Origin: Candidatus Binatia bacterium
GTDB taxonomy: Bacteria; Desulfobacterota; Binatia; UBA9968; JAJDTQ01
Assembly (NCBI GenBank): GCA_963422385.1
Contig: OY729432.1
Coordinates: 1,237,666-1,301,665, forward strand
DNA: 64,000 nucleotides
Direction of reading: 5' to 3'
Shown piece by piece: positions 18,956 to 28,049 of the stretch. Under the pieces are notes generated by a model that was not told the origin of the DNA, did no database searches, and worked only from the letters and a program-made list of their open reading frames with translations. A program made the position numbers and the translations under genes. How positions within the stretch are numbered: the first letter of the stretch is position 1; each line of letters starts with the position of its first letter.

Positions 18956-19420
18956 ATGATGACGGATCGATATTTCAATCCGTTCCAGGCAATCGATATC
19001 AACGTGCCAGTCGAATTCCATGAGGCGTTCATACGGTACTGCCAGCGAAGCGCCAACGCGGTGATCGACCAGAGCCCGTTTCCGCGCATGGTCGATCTCT
19101 GGTTCCTGTCCGTATGCGTCGCGAGTCGGCTCGGGCTTGATCCCGCCGACATCGCGAAATTCGATACGCGCAAGATCATTGATGGGTCGATATTTGGCAG
19201 CGATCCATGGCGTGTTCACACGATCATGCTCATTGCGATTGGCACATTGGGCGATGTGCAGGTCGTCTCCGAACCCCGCAAAATGATGACGCTGGCTAAC
19301 GGCCTTGCCGTGGCCGGCCTTCCAAAAGTCATCGAAATGCTCAAGGACGGCGATGCGGAACCGATCTGGAACCTGTCGGACGCTGTTGACGCTCTCTTGC
19401 GCAAAGAGAGGACAGCGTAG
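18956..19420 (+). CDS. hypothetical protein (154 aa) coupled to the SMC-like ATPase
   Basis: ATG 7 bp after the ATPase stop, with GGAGG spanning that stop. Natural composition; no motif recognised. Confidence 0.55.
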   Translation: MMTDRYFNPFQAIDINVPVEFHEAFIRYCQRSANAVIDQSPFPRMVDLWFLSVCVASRLGLDPADIAKFDTRKIIDGSIFGSDPWRVHTIMLIAIGTLGDVQVVSEPRKMMTLANGLAVAGLPKVIEMLKDGDAEPIWNLSDAVDALLRKERTA

Positions 19421-19534
19421 GAGCCGGTGCATGTCGATATCGGTTTGTGGGAATGCCTGGCGAAAAGCCGAATTTGGTGGCAGCAGTTGGGCGGGCGTAA
19501 TTGGGAAGCCGCATAACAAACGGAGATAAACGGC

Positions 19535-21907
19535 TTGTTCAAGATTTGTGCCCGCACAGTTCTGGAGCTAGGCGCTGAACTTATCAGTTCCGATGTCATC
19601 GCGTTCTATGAACTGATCAAGAATGCATTCGATGCCGAGTCCCCGACGGGAGCCGAGATTCGTTTCGAGATCACCCTGAGACGGAACGATTACCTGAAAT
19701 TCCGCCATCGGGCGGTCGAAGGACTTGCAGATATAGAGCATCTGAAATCCGACATCGAGAAATCACTCGACCAGTCGGCGCCGAAGGACTCACTGAACCG
19801 TTTCCGCAACGCGATACAGGGTGCGGATAATCTGGAAGAGCTTGTTGGAGTTCTGGACGCGGCGCACGCTTCGGAGAACAGGATTATCGTGTCCGACGAG
19901 GGCACGGGGATGTCGCGACAGGATTTGATAGACAACTATCTCGTTATCGGCACGGCATCGCGCAAGCGCGCGATCAACGCGGCCCTTGCGGGACACCACG
20001 CGGGAGACCGGCGCGCCCCGTTCCTCGGCGAGAAAGGCATCGGTCGGCTGTCGGCGATGCGACTCGGCGACCGGCTGATGGTCGAAACGGCCGAGCGTCG
20101 CGACAAGCGGCTAAACCTGCTCAGGATCGACTGGTCGGTTTTCGAAGACCTCGACGCGATGCTGGACGAGATCCATGTCGCGCCCGAGCATGGCACGTCC
20201 AAGCCGGATGGGAACTGGAGCGGCACGAAGCTGATTATGACCGCGCTCACTGCGGACTGGACGCATGATCGCGTCAAGCATCTTGGCGAGCATGATATTG
20301 CGCGGCTGACCGACCCGTTTGCCGATGTGAAACGGCGTCCACGTATCGCGATCTTCTGGAACGGCACACGCATCCCGGTTGCTCATATGAATCGAAACCT
20401 GCTGTCGCACGCCCATGCGTCCGTCAAGGGCCGGTTCATATACAGAGAATCAGGACCGATGTTACAGTGCACTTTCGAGGCGCTCGATCTTGGGTTTGAG
20501 CATCCGCACGAAGTGGAGAAGAGAGAATTTGTGCGGGCCGACCTCGAGGGCTCGATCATCGGTACCTCCAGCGAAGTTCCGTTGTCCGCACTTGATGGTC
20601 TTGGACCGTTCGAGTTCGAGGTCTACTGGTTTAACCGGCAGCGCCTCGGTCGCATCGACAGCATCGGCGACCGAAAGATTGTCCGTGACCTGCAAAGGAG
20701 GTGGTCAGGAATCCTGCTGTTCCGCGACGGGTTTCGCGTACTTCCCTATGGGGAAGATGATGACGACTGGCTTGCTCTGGACCGGCGCGCTCTGGCCAGC
20801 ACCGGATATCTCTTGAACAAGACACAGTTCGTCGGACGAGCCACAATCTCCCGTCTTGGCAATCCGTTGCTGATTGACCAGACAAACCGTGAAGGCTTGC
20901 GGGTTTGCTCCGAACAGCAAGCGTTCGTCAGCTTGTTGCAGCTCGCTATCCAGTCTCAGCTTCGCGATTTCATCCGGGAAGTCGAGCGCCGTCACAAGAA
21001 CCAACCTCTTGACATGACCGAGGCAAAGACCGGTGTGTCGAACCTCGAAAAGAGAGCGAAGGCCGCCCTCCGCCAGATCAGGAAAATTGCACCACAGTCC
21101 TCCGAGACGATCGAGGAATTGCAGCACACCTTCTTCGAGATCAAGGAGTTCTTCGACCGGGCGCAGCGCCGAATCGACGAAGTGGAGAGCGAGAACCGAC
21201 AGATGGTGCAGATGGCGGGCGTGGGTCTCTTGGTCGAAGTTGTAGCGCATGAACTTGCGCGATCGACCGAGAATGCGCTGGCGGCTCTTGAGGCTCTGCG
21301 CGGCAGGGACCTACCGGAACAGATCGGCGGCCTGCTCAACGCCCTCAGATCGGAGATGACATCGGTCAGTAAACGCGTCCGCGTGCTCGACCCGCTGAGC
21401 GTATCAGGACGACAACGCAAGGAAAGCTTCGATTTCGGCGCGTTGATTGAGGACATACTGAGCGGGCACGAGCTTCAGTTCGAACGTCATGACGTAAAAC
21501 TCAAGGCCAGCTTGCCTGACAACACCGTCCGCATCCGCGCGGTGAAGGGCATGCTCGTGCAGATTTTCGAAAACCTCTTGTCCAACTCGCTATACTGGCT
21601 CGACCTCCGTAAACAGCATGAGCCAAACTTTCGGCCGCGGATTGCCATTGCGATGGAAGACGACCCTCTCACGATCATCTATGAGGACAATGGCCGCGGA
21701 ATTGCACAAGAGAATCGTGAAAGCGTCTTTCGTGCCTTCTTCTCTCTGAAGGAGAAGTCGAAGCGCCGGGGGCTTGGCTTGTATATCGCGCGCGAATGCG
21801 CAGAATATCATGGTGGCAGCTTGACGCTGGACAATCACGTCAATCGCCAGACGGGACGCCTTCACCGTTTTGTGCTGCGACTGCCGGACGAGGTTATGGT
21901 CTCGTGA
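19535..21907 (+). CDS. dual GHKL ATPase: N-terminal MORC/MutL-like domain plus C-terminal histidine-kinase-like (H-box plus HATPase_c) module
   Basis: 790 aa. N-terminal N-box ELIKNAFDA, G1 DEGTGM, G2 GEKGIGRLS. C-terminal VAHELARSTEN (H-box-like), N-box ENLLSNSLYW, G1 EDNGRGI, G2 GLGLYIAREC. A 115-bp gap upstream suggests a possible internal promoter. Confidence 0.78.
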   Translation: MFKICARTVLELGAELISSDVIAFYELIKNAFDAESPTGAEIRFEITLRRNDYLKFRHRAVEGLADIEHLKSDIEKSLDQSAPKDSLNRFRNAIQGADNLEELVGVLDAAHASENRIIVSDEGTGMSRQDLIDNYLVIGTASRKRAINAALAGHHAGDRRAPFLGEKGIGRLSAMRLGDRLMVETAERRDKRLNLLRIDWSVFEDLDAMLDEIHVAPEHGTSKPDGNWSGTKLIMTALTADWTHDRVKHLGEHDIARLTDPFADVKRRPRIAIFWNGTRIPVAHMNRNLLSHAHASVKGRFIYRESGPMLQCTFEALDLGFEHPHEVEKREFVRADLEGSIIGTSSEVPLSALDGLGPFEFEVYWFNRQRLGRIDSIGDRKIVRDLQRRWSGILLFRDGFRVLPYGEDDDDWLALDRRALASTGYLLNKTQFVGRATISRLGNPLLIDQTNREGLRVCSEQQAFVSLLQLAIQSQLRDFIREVERRHKNQPLDMTEAKTGVSNLEKRAKAALRQIRKIAPQSSETIEELQHTFFEIKEFFDRAQRRIDEVESENRQMVQMAGVGLLVEVVAHELARSTENALAALEALRGRDLPEQIGGLLNALRSEMTSVSKRVRVLDPLSVSGRQRKESFDFGALIEDILSGHELQFERHDVKLKASLPDNTVRIRAVKGMLVQIFENLLSNSLYWLDLRKQHEPNFRPRIAIAMEDDPLTIIYEDNGRGIAQENRESVFRAFFSLKEKSKRRGLGLYIARECAEYHGGSLTLDNHVNRQTGRLHRFVLRLPDEVMVS

Positions 21908-23814
21908 CGGAGCTGAAGGATCTTCTCGCAGCACGGGGAATCACACGCGCCCTCGTCATAGACGACGTGTTTGACTCCCTTCCACGTCCCGAGGAACTCA
22001 ATGACGGTGATTGGTCGAATTTCTTCGATGACCTCGGCGATGCCGGAAACGAACTGCTCAAGGAATTGTATAAAGGATATGAAGAAGCATCAGCCGAAGA
22101 GCTGAAGGCATCTCAGGATTTTATCACGGTAGTTTGGGAAAACCGTACGAAACTGCCGAACGCGGCCTGCGATCACCTGTTCCACGACTATGAGGAGACG
22201 AAGACTACGGAACGCGCGGGCCTCGATGTGCTCGTCGGCGCACTGGGAGCGCTGGGGCTGGCCTGCACAACGATGGGGCGCGAACTTAACGAGGGAGCGA
22301 AGCAAGCAGAGCTGATCTTTGTCGACTTGTTCTTGGGTTTCCATCAGTCCGAAGACGATATGGAACGAGCAGTCAGACGTGTCGGTGAACTGGTCGAAGG
22401 GCGTGTTCAGAACCCGCCGCTCGTCGTCCTCATGTCACGTAGTCCCCGGCTTCAGGAAAAACGAAACGAGTTTCGGGACACGGCGGGACTCTTAGGGTCC
22501 ACGTTTCGCGTCGTCAGCAAAGCTGACCTCGCCAGGGAAGGAACGCTGGAGACCCTGTTGACGCGGCTGGCGAATCACTACGAGGACGCAAAACGTGTTG
22601 CTGGCTTTGTCCATGCGTGGGACAGCGGCCTCGACCAGGCACGGCGGAATTTTGTCCGCATACTGCGCCGTCTGGATCTATCGGACCTTGCACAGGTGCG
22701 GGCGCTGCTGCTCGACTTCGAGGGGCAGCGCCTCGGTGAGTATCTTCTCGACGTTGCCGACCGGGTTTTGCAGCATGAGATAGAAGATGACGACAATACG
22801 ATTGCGGCGGCTCTGAAGCTGAACAAAATCGATTTGAGAAAATACCCAGCCCCGCATCTGGCCGGTTCTCCGGATTTGCAGGAACTCGTGCACCGCATGG
22901 TGTTTGTGCACCCTGATCGCCTGCGTCTTTCGGCGAACGAAAACAAGGTGCAATTGCAGTTTGGCGACGTGCTGCGTTGGAAGGCTGATGAGGGCGATGG
23001 CTACGGTGGTGCTGTTTCGCTGGTCGTGAGTCCGGCATGTGATCTTGTGCGCGACGGCGCCGAGCGCGTCATGCTGCTTTCGGGTACGCTCGAAGAGCTT
23101 CAGCCCAAGAATTGGTCTTACAGGGCCGGCCCGATCAGAACAGCCATTGTGATACTACCCGACGAGGGGCGGAAGTGGATCAGGTGGAACCTCAAGAATG
23201 TCAGAAGCCTGGAGTGGAACAAGCTGGACAAGTTGATCGGAGAGGACGTCAGTCTAAAGCGCATTGGCCGGCTCCGGGAAATCTACGCAATCGAAATCCA
23301 GCAAATGCTCCTGACGAACCTAGGCCGAATCGGCCAGCCCGCGAACCTGCCGGTCCCATTCCCGGTTGCCATTTCGTTGTTCTACGTAGGAATCGATTGC
23401 AAGGCGCGTAGACTTGCTGTCAACCATATCGACTCCGCTGCCTGCTACGTCGGGCGCGGCGAAAGGCCGCAACCGGTACACCGGCTGGTCCTGTCGGAGC
23501 AAACTTGCGATCACATAGAGCAGGCTTTGCAGGCGTTGGGCCAGGATGCCGTTCGGCAATCCGCCCAAGCCAGCCTTGCAGCCGTAAAGGCGGACCGCGA
23601 CTTCTTCACCAAGTTCGAGCGAGGCGAGATCGAGATGCCCACCGACGCAGGCACGAAGGTCATCAAGGCGGACAACAATAGGGTCTATGCCGCGATCATT
23701 CGAGGCGGAAAATTCGACGAAGGAAGTGATATCGTAGGCGAACCCCGGAAAGCGGCTTTGATCGTCAAAGTGACGGATATCGCCGGCCATGACGGGGACC
23801 AAAACGGTCCCTGA
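21904..23814 (+). CDS. hypothetical protein (636 aa), last gene of the operon; possibly a receiver-like N-terminus
   Basis: GTG start overlapping the preceding stop (GTGA). N-terminal ...RALVIDDVFD... and later ...LIFVDLFLG...PPLVVLMSRS... resemble a degenerate receiver domain (inference only). The remainder is unassigned. Confidence 0.6.
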   Translation: MTELKDLLAARGITRALVIDDVFDSLPRPEELNDGDWSNFFDDLGDAGNELLKELYKGYEEASAEELKASQDFITVVWENRTKLPNAACDHLFHDYEETKTTERAGLDVLVGALGALGLACTTMGRELNEGAKQAELIFVDLFLGFHQSEDDMERAVRRVGELVEGRVQNPPLVVLMSRSPRLQEKRNEFRDTAGLLGSTFRVVSKADLAREGTLETLLTRLANHYEDAKRVAGFVHAWDSGLDQARRNFVRILRRLDLSDLAQVRALLLDFEGQRLGEYLLDVADRVLQHEIEDDDNTIAAALKLNKIDLRKYPAPHLAGSPDLQELVHRMVFVHPDRLRLSANENKVQLQFGDVLRWKADEGDGYGGAVSLVVSPACDLVRDGAERVMLLSGTLEELQPKNWSYRAGPIRTAIVILPDEGRKWIRWNLKNVRSLEWNKLDKLIGEDVSLKRIGRLREIYAIEIQQMLLTNLGRIGQPANLPVPFPVAISLFYVGIDCKARRLAVNHIDSAACYVGRGERPQPVHRLVLSEQTCDHIEQALQALGQDAVRQSAQASLAAVKADRDFFTKFERGEIEMPTDAGTKVIKADNNRVYAAIIRGGKFDEGSDIVGEPRKAALIVKVTDIAGHDGDQNGP

Positions 23815-23817
23815 GAC

Positions 23818-24657
23818 CTACTTGTGGCAGGCAAGACAAACCTTTGCCTGCCCGTACAGGTCGTCAATGTCCAGCGGCTCGATATCCGGCCTTAAGGGGT
23901 TGGTCTGTACCTTCGAGCGCATCCGTGCAAGCCGTTGTTCATGATCCTGCCTGATCTGTTCGACGCGATCCGGCCGTTCCAGATCTTCAAGCGACTCCCC
24001 CTGACTCCAGGTAAAAGGCGAGCCGTGCTCGACGGCGTTCTTCTCGTATGCCTTGGCCTCTTCGAACGCCTCAGGGTGCTGCTCTTTGAGCCGTACCCAT
24101 TCAATCTTTTGCTGGAAGAAGCAGAAGGTGCAGCCGCTACGCGTGCGCCAGGAATAGTATTTGGGTAGACCGAGCCCAGCCCCATCGAGAATCTCAAGGA
24201 CCCCTGCCTTGTCGATCCCCGCCTGCTTGAACGGCAAGTTGATGACCAGGTTGTCGTGCTTGGAAGAATAGCCTTCGCGGTATTCCTCATCGCTGCGGAT
24301 CGCGACGTAACTATGGACCGTCGTCCCATCGACCAGCAGCGGGCGAAGCCAGTGCTCGAACGGACGGAGTTTTAGCTGCCGCGTGCACCAGCGCGTCTGT
24401 GGCGAAGGAAGGAAATCATTGTATTGCTTGAGCCAGAAGTCGAAGTCGCGGTCCGGGTTCAGTTTGCGTATCGGTTGACCGAGAAATCCCTCCAGCAGCC
24501 CGAGATATTCGTAAACCTCGGGCAGTTCCTTGCCCGTATCCGTAAAAAAGTATTCGATTTCGAGTTCGGGGTGACGCTGTCGCATGTAAACGGCGAGCGC
24601 CGCGCTGTCGCGCCCGCCGGATAGGCCAAGTACGTGTTTCACAGGACCGGTCGTCAA
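23818..24657 (-). CDS. sspD: SspD/DndC-like PAPS-reductase-family ATP pyrophosphatase (phosphorothioation)
   Basis: 279 aa with PP-loop LSGGRDS and conserved Cys cluster (CTFC...). TTG start overlaps the sspC stop. Small size fits SspD rather than the roughly 500-aa DndC. Confidence 0.8.
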   Translation of the reverse strand: MTTGPVKHVLGLSGGRDSAALAVYMRQRHPELEIEYFFTDTGKELPEVYEYLGLLEGFLGQPIRKLNPDRDFDFWLKQYNDFLPSPQTRWCTRQLKLRPFEHWLRPLLVDGTTVHSYVAIRSDEEYREGYSSKHDNLVINLPFKQAGIDKAGVLEILDGAGLGLPKYYSWRTRSGCTFCFFQQKIEWVRLKEQHPEAFEEAKAYEKNAVEHGSPFTWSQGESLEDLERPDRVEQIRQDHEQRLARMRSKVQTNPLRPDIEPLDIDDLYGQAKVCLACHK

Positions 24658-27600
24658 GAAGCGGCCTTTTCTTTCCCATTTTTTTGTGCAGGCGGATAAT
24701 TTTGCATGTAGCGCGTGCTGAGTTCCGCCAGCGCCGCCAGAATGATGCTCCGGCGGCTAGTGTCGGCGGCCTCCAACGAGGCGGCAACACGCTCGATGAG
24801 ATCATTGACGGCAACACGGTCGGCGTCGGCGATGTCGAATTCCTCGAGCAGCGGCACCGGCCGGCCGTCCATACCGATGATGACGGCCATGGCCTGTCGC
24901 TTGTCGGGGCGGCCCTGAACGCGCGCATACGTCTCGGCCCGGAGGAATTTCTGCGCCATGTCGGCAAGCTCGATTGCCGCATGGTCTATATCGGGATCGA
25001 CCCATTCACGCGGCGACTTGTTCGCGGCAAGACTCGCGATCCCTTCGAAACTCTCGTCCGAACCGTCGAACTGCGCCAGTCGGCCGACGAAGGCGTCGAG
25101 CCGGAAATCTCCGGCAAGCCGCCTGATATTCTCGGCGCGCTTGCGCAATTCCACCAGGGACTGCGGAGAGACGTTAGGAACCTGCATCTCCTCCAGCATG
25201 ATATCGCGCAGGCGGTGAAGCATCGACGGATAGGCCATTACCAGTTCTTCCAGGCCTTCGCGGACGCTTACGACGACACGGCGCAAACCGTCTTCGTCTT
25301 CATTGGCAAGCGAAACGTCTTCGCCAAGCGTTTCCGGTATGTCGTCGAACAGGAACCGGTTGGGATCGTGCGCCCGTTTGAACAGATCGCGAATTTTTAC
25401 AGCATTGGATGACAGCCGCATCGTCAGCCCGGTCCATTTGGGAAGCCGGTCGTAGATCCCGACAAGGCCGCGCCCGACATCGATGGGCTCCAGGTGAACA
25501 AGCTCGTTCGCGTCGTCGAGATCGCGGACTACCTGCGCCATACCCGACAACAAGCGGCGTGCAACATCGGTCAGATCCATCCAGCGCAACTGGATGAAGG
25601 TCGGGTCCTTGGCAAGATACTCCACGTCCACGTCGTCGAACTTGGTCCTAAATATGCCATTCCGGTAGACCGCCAGTTTTTTGTGCTGGGACAGAACGAA
25701 TGCTACGGCAAGGATCGGCATGAGACCGTCCTTCACGCCAAAGGGCATCTCGCGCCATAGTTCGAACAGCTCGGATACCGCGACGGTGCGCGAGGAGCGT
25801 TCCTTCACATGGTCGAGCGCGGCAGTCCACAGCGGGGCCAGGTGGCAAGGATCTGCACCATTCGTCGGGGCAACGAATCGCCACCCCTTGCCTTCCCGGG
25901 CATAGAGCCCAGTCGCTTCCAGGACGGATTCGAACAGCCCACCCTCGGCCGGGTACCCTTGGATACCAAGGCGAGCTTCGCCCTCGTTCAGGACCATGCG
26001 GCGCAACAGGGCGTTCTGTGCCGCGATGGCATTGCTTGACGGTTTCTGCCGACTCAGCAATTCGTTATGCAGCCGCGGCGACTTCGCGAAGCGGCGGTCT
26101 GCTAGCTCGGAGGCGATGCCGTTCAGATCGGCCTGCCGCAGGCGTTTGGGCAGGTAGTTTTTCCGGAACCACAGCGCATTGTCGAATGCCTTGTGCAGTT
26201 CGGTTTCAAGCAGGGCCTGCAAGGCCGCAAGGCGAGCGGAGACTTCCCGCCGCGCAACGAAATCGCCCGCGAGTTCCGGATGATCATTGCTGACACTATC
26301 GAGCGCAAACAGCTCCCGCGCTAGGGGCACAACTACCCATGACTTTTTCGAAATCCCGACGACGACGTCCCATGCATCGCTATACCGCGCGGCTTTGCGG
26401 CACAGGTCCTCGGCACAGGCCTCGCTCTCTCCCTCGGTCGGAATCGCCAGCAGGAATTGTCCTATAGCGCCGTTCTCCGGCCCAAGCCTCGTGGCGAATT
26501 CGACGAGGCCACTGATCGGCACGACGTATACGTCGAACCATCTCAGCGCGCCGGTGTCATGATAGTGGCGCTTGGCGAGGATCGGCTGAAGTCCCGCGAC
26601 GGATTTCAACTCGGTGAAATCCACCTCGTCAATCTCGTCGAGCGCGGCCCGCACCGCTCTATCAATATCGAAATCGCTCCCTGCGAAGATGGCGCGTGCG
26701 TCGAGGAATTTCTTGAAGATCGTGAACGACCATGTGTCCAGTTGCGAGAGCACTTTTTCAAGCGCCTTGTCCGATGTACCGTGGAAACAGGTGCGCAGCA
26801 GGTCAAAATTTGCCACGAGGCCCGAGCGTTCCTTGAACAGGTCAATGACGGCGATTGTCTTGAGTAACCCGACATGAAGGGAGTCGCCGCCAATGGATTC
26901 GCATCGTTCGATCGCTTCCGCTGCCAAGGCCCACCGATGTCCGTCCGGCGAAGCGAGGATGGACGGTTCCAGGTTGGCGCGAAGATAGTCCCAAAGCCGG
27001 TCGGGGCCGTACAGTTCGCCGTCCCCGTCATGGTTCAGATAGTCCTGAAATCCGTGCGGTTCGGAGGAATTCAGGAAACCGAATATGCTGCGCTGATTTT
27101 GCCCGAATCGCCGCCGCGATATCGGTCCAAGCAAACAAGCGACAACGGGATGCAGTGGCCAGCATGCTTCCAGCATTGCGGCGAGCCGTGCAACGTCACC
27201 AGCGCGTTCCCGACGTGCGAAACCGGCGACGGCGGACGCGAGCGGGCCGGGCTTCTTTGGACGATAATCACTCTCGATGGCGCGTGAGATCAGGTCGATT
27301 TGCTCTTCAACCGCAGTGTTGACAACGAGGTCGATGAAACGCCCCTGAACTTTCGCCCACTCGTCGCGCATTTCGTGCGAGAGGCGATGGGCGTATTCCT
27401 CGAACGCTTGGTGCAACACGCCGATGACAAGAAAACGCCCCTTGCTTCGCGACGCGGCTTCAGCAAGCTGCTGGAGGATGTAGATGTCGGAGCCGTCCCG
27501 CGCGGCGGCCTCCAGAAACTTGCCCATCTCGTCGATGACCAGGACTAGCCCGCCGTGCGTCTTCGGCCTGGATGCAGCCGCCTCGGTCAGGGTGTCGATC

Positions 27601-28049
27601 AGATTGCTTTCAGTCCAGCCGTCGCGTGGCTGCCGTGCCACGAGTCCTGTTCGCTTCACAGCCTCGCCGATGACCGCGACGGGGTCGTCGCGACGCGCGA
27701 CGACGGGAAGGATGCGCCATCCCTTCGTGCCTGTCGGTAACGCGGTCCAGATCGTTTTCGCCAGATTCTGTCCGAAGACCCCGGCGGCCTCCTTCTGCAA
27801 ACCGGCCTTGCCCCTCAGCAAGGCGCTCAGGGCCACGACGAGGCTCGATTTGCCGCTGCCGTAGGGACCTGTCCATGTGAATGCGCCTTGGCCCGTTTCG
27901 GAGACGTGGCGCGCCATCGTTGCCAGAACATCGGCGGATGACTGCGGACAAATGAATCCTTCAAGGGCGGCGGCGTCACCGAGATCGGCATCAATGCGGA
28001 TCGATCTGAGAAAACGGCGGGCGATCCAGACACGTTCGTTGAGCACCAT
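24654..28049 (-). CDS. sspC: SspC-like large P-loop ATPase (DUF499/BrxC-like)
   Basis: 1131 aa with N-terminal Walker A TGPYGSGKSSL and Walker B LVLVIDEMGKF. ATG 28049 is preceded by GAGGAGG and overlaps the sspB stop (ATGA). Confidence 0.75.
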   Translation of the reverse strand: MVLNERVWIARRFLRSIRIDADLGDAAALEGFICPQSSADVLATMARHVSETGQGAFTWTGPYGSGKSSLVVALSALLRGKAGLQKEAAGVFGQNLAKTIWTALPTGTKGWRILPVVARRDDPVAVIGEAVKRTGLVARQPRDGWTESNLIDTLTEAAASRPKTHGGLVLVIDEMGKFLEAAARDGSDIYILQQLAEAASRSKGRFLVIGVLHQAFEEYAHRLSHEMRDEWAKVQGRFIDLVVNTAVEEQIDLISRAIESDYRPKKPGPLASAVAGFARRERAGDVARLAAMLEACWPLHPVVACLLGPISRRRFGQNQRSIFGFLNSSEPHGFQDYLNHDGDGELYGPDRLWDYLRANLEPSILASPDGHRWALAAEAIERCESIGGDSLHVGLLKTIAVIDLFKERSGLVANFDLLRTCFHGTSDKALEKVLSQLDTWSFTIFKKFLDARAIFAGSDFDIDRAVRAALDEIDEVDFTELKSVAGLQPILAKRHYHDTGALRWFDVYVVPISGLVEFATRLGPENGAIGQFLLAIPTEGESEACAEDLCRKAARYSDAWDVVVGISKKSWVVVPLARELFALDSVSNDHPELAGDFVARREVSARLAALQALLETELHKAFDNALWFRKNYLPKRLRQADLNGIASELADRRFAKSPRLHNELLSRQKPSSNAIAAQNALLRRMVLNEGEARLGIQGYPAEGGLFESVLEATGLYAREGKGWRFVAPTNGADPCHLAPLWTAALDHVKERSSRTVAVSELFELWREMPFGVKDGLMPILAVAFVLSQHKKLAVYRNGIFRTKFDDVDVEYLAKDPTFIQLRWMDLTDVARRLLSGMAQVVRDLDDANELVHLEPIDVGRGLVGIYDRLPKWTGLTMRLSSNAVKIRDLFKRAHDPNRFLFDDIPETLGEDVSLANEDEDGLRRVVVSVREGLEELVMAYPSMLHRLRDIMLEEMQVPNVSPQSLVELRKRAENIRRLAGDFRLDAFVGRLAQFDGSDESFEGIASLAANKSPREWVDPDIDHAAIELADMAQKFLRAETYARVQGRPDKRQAMAVIIGMDGRPVPLLEEFDIADADRVAVNDLIERVAASLEAADTSRRSIILAALAELSTRYMQNYPPAQKNGKEKAAS

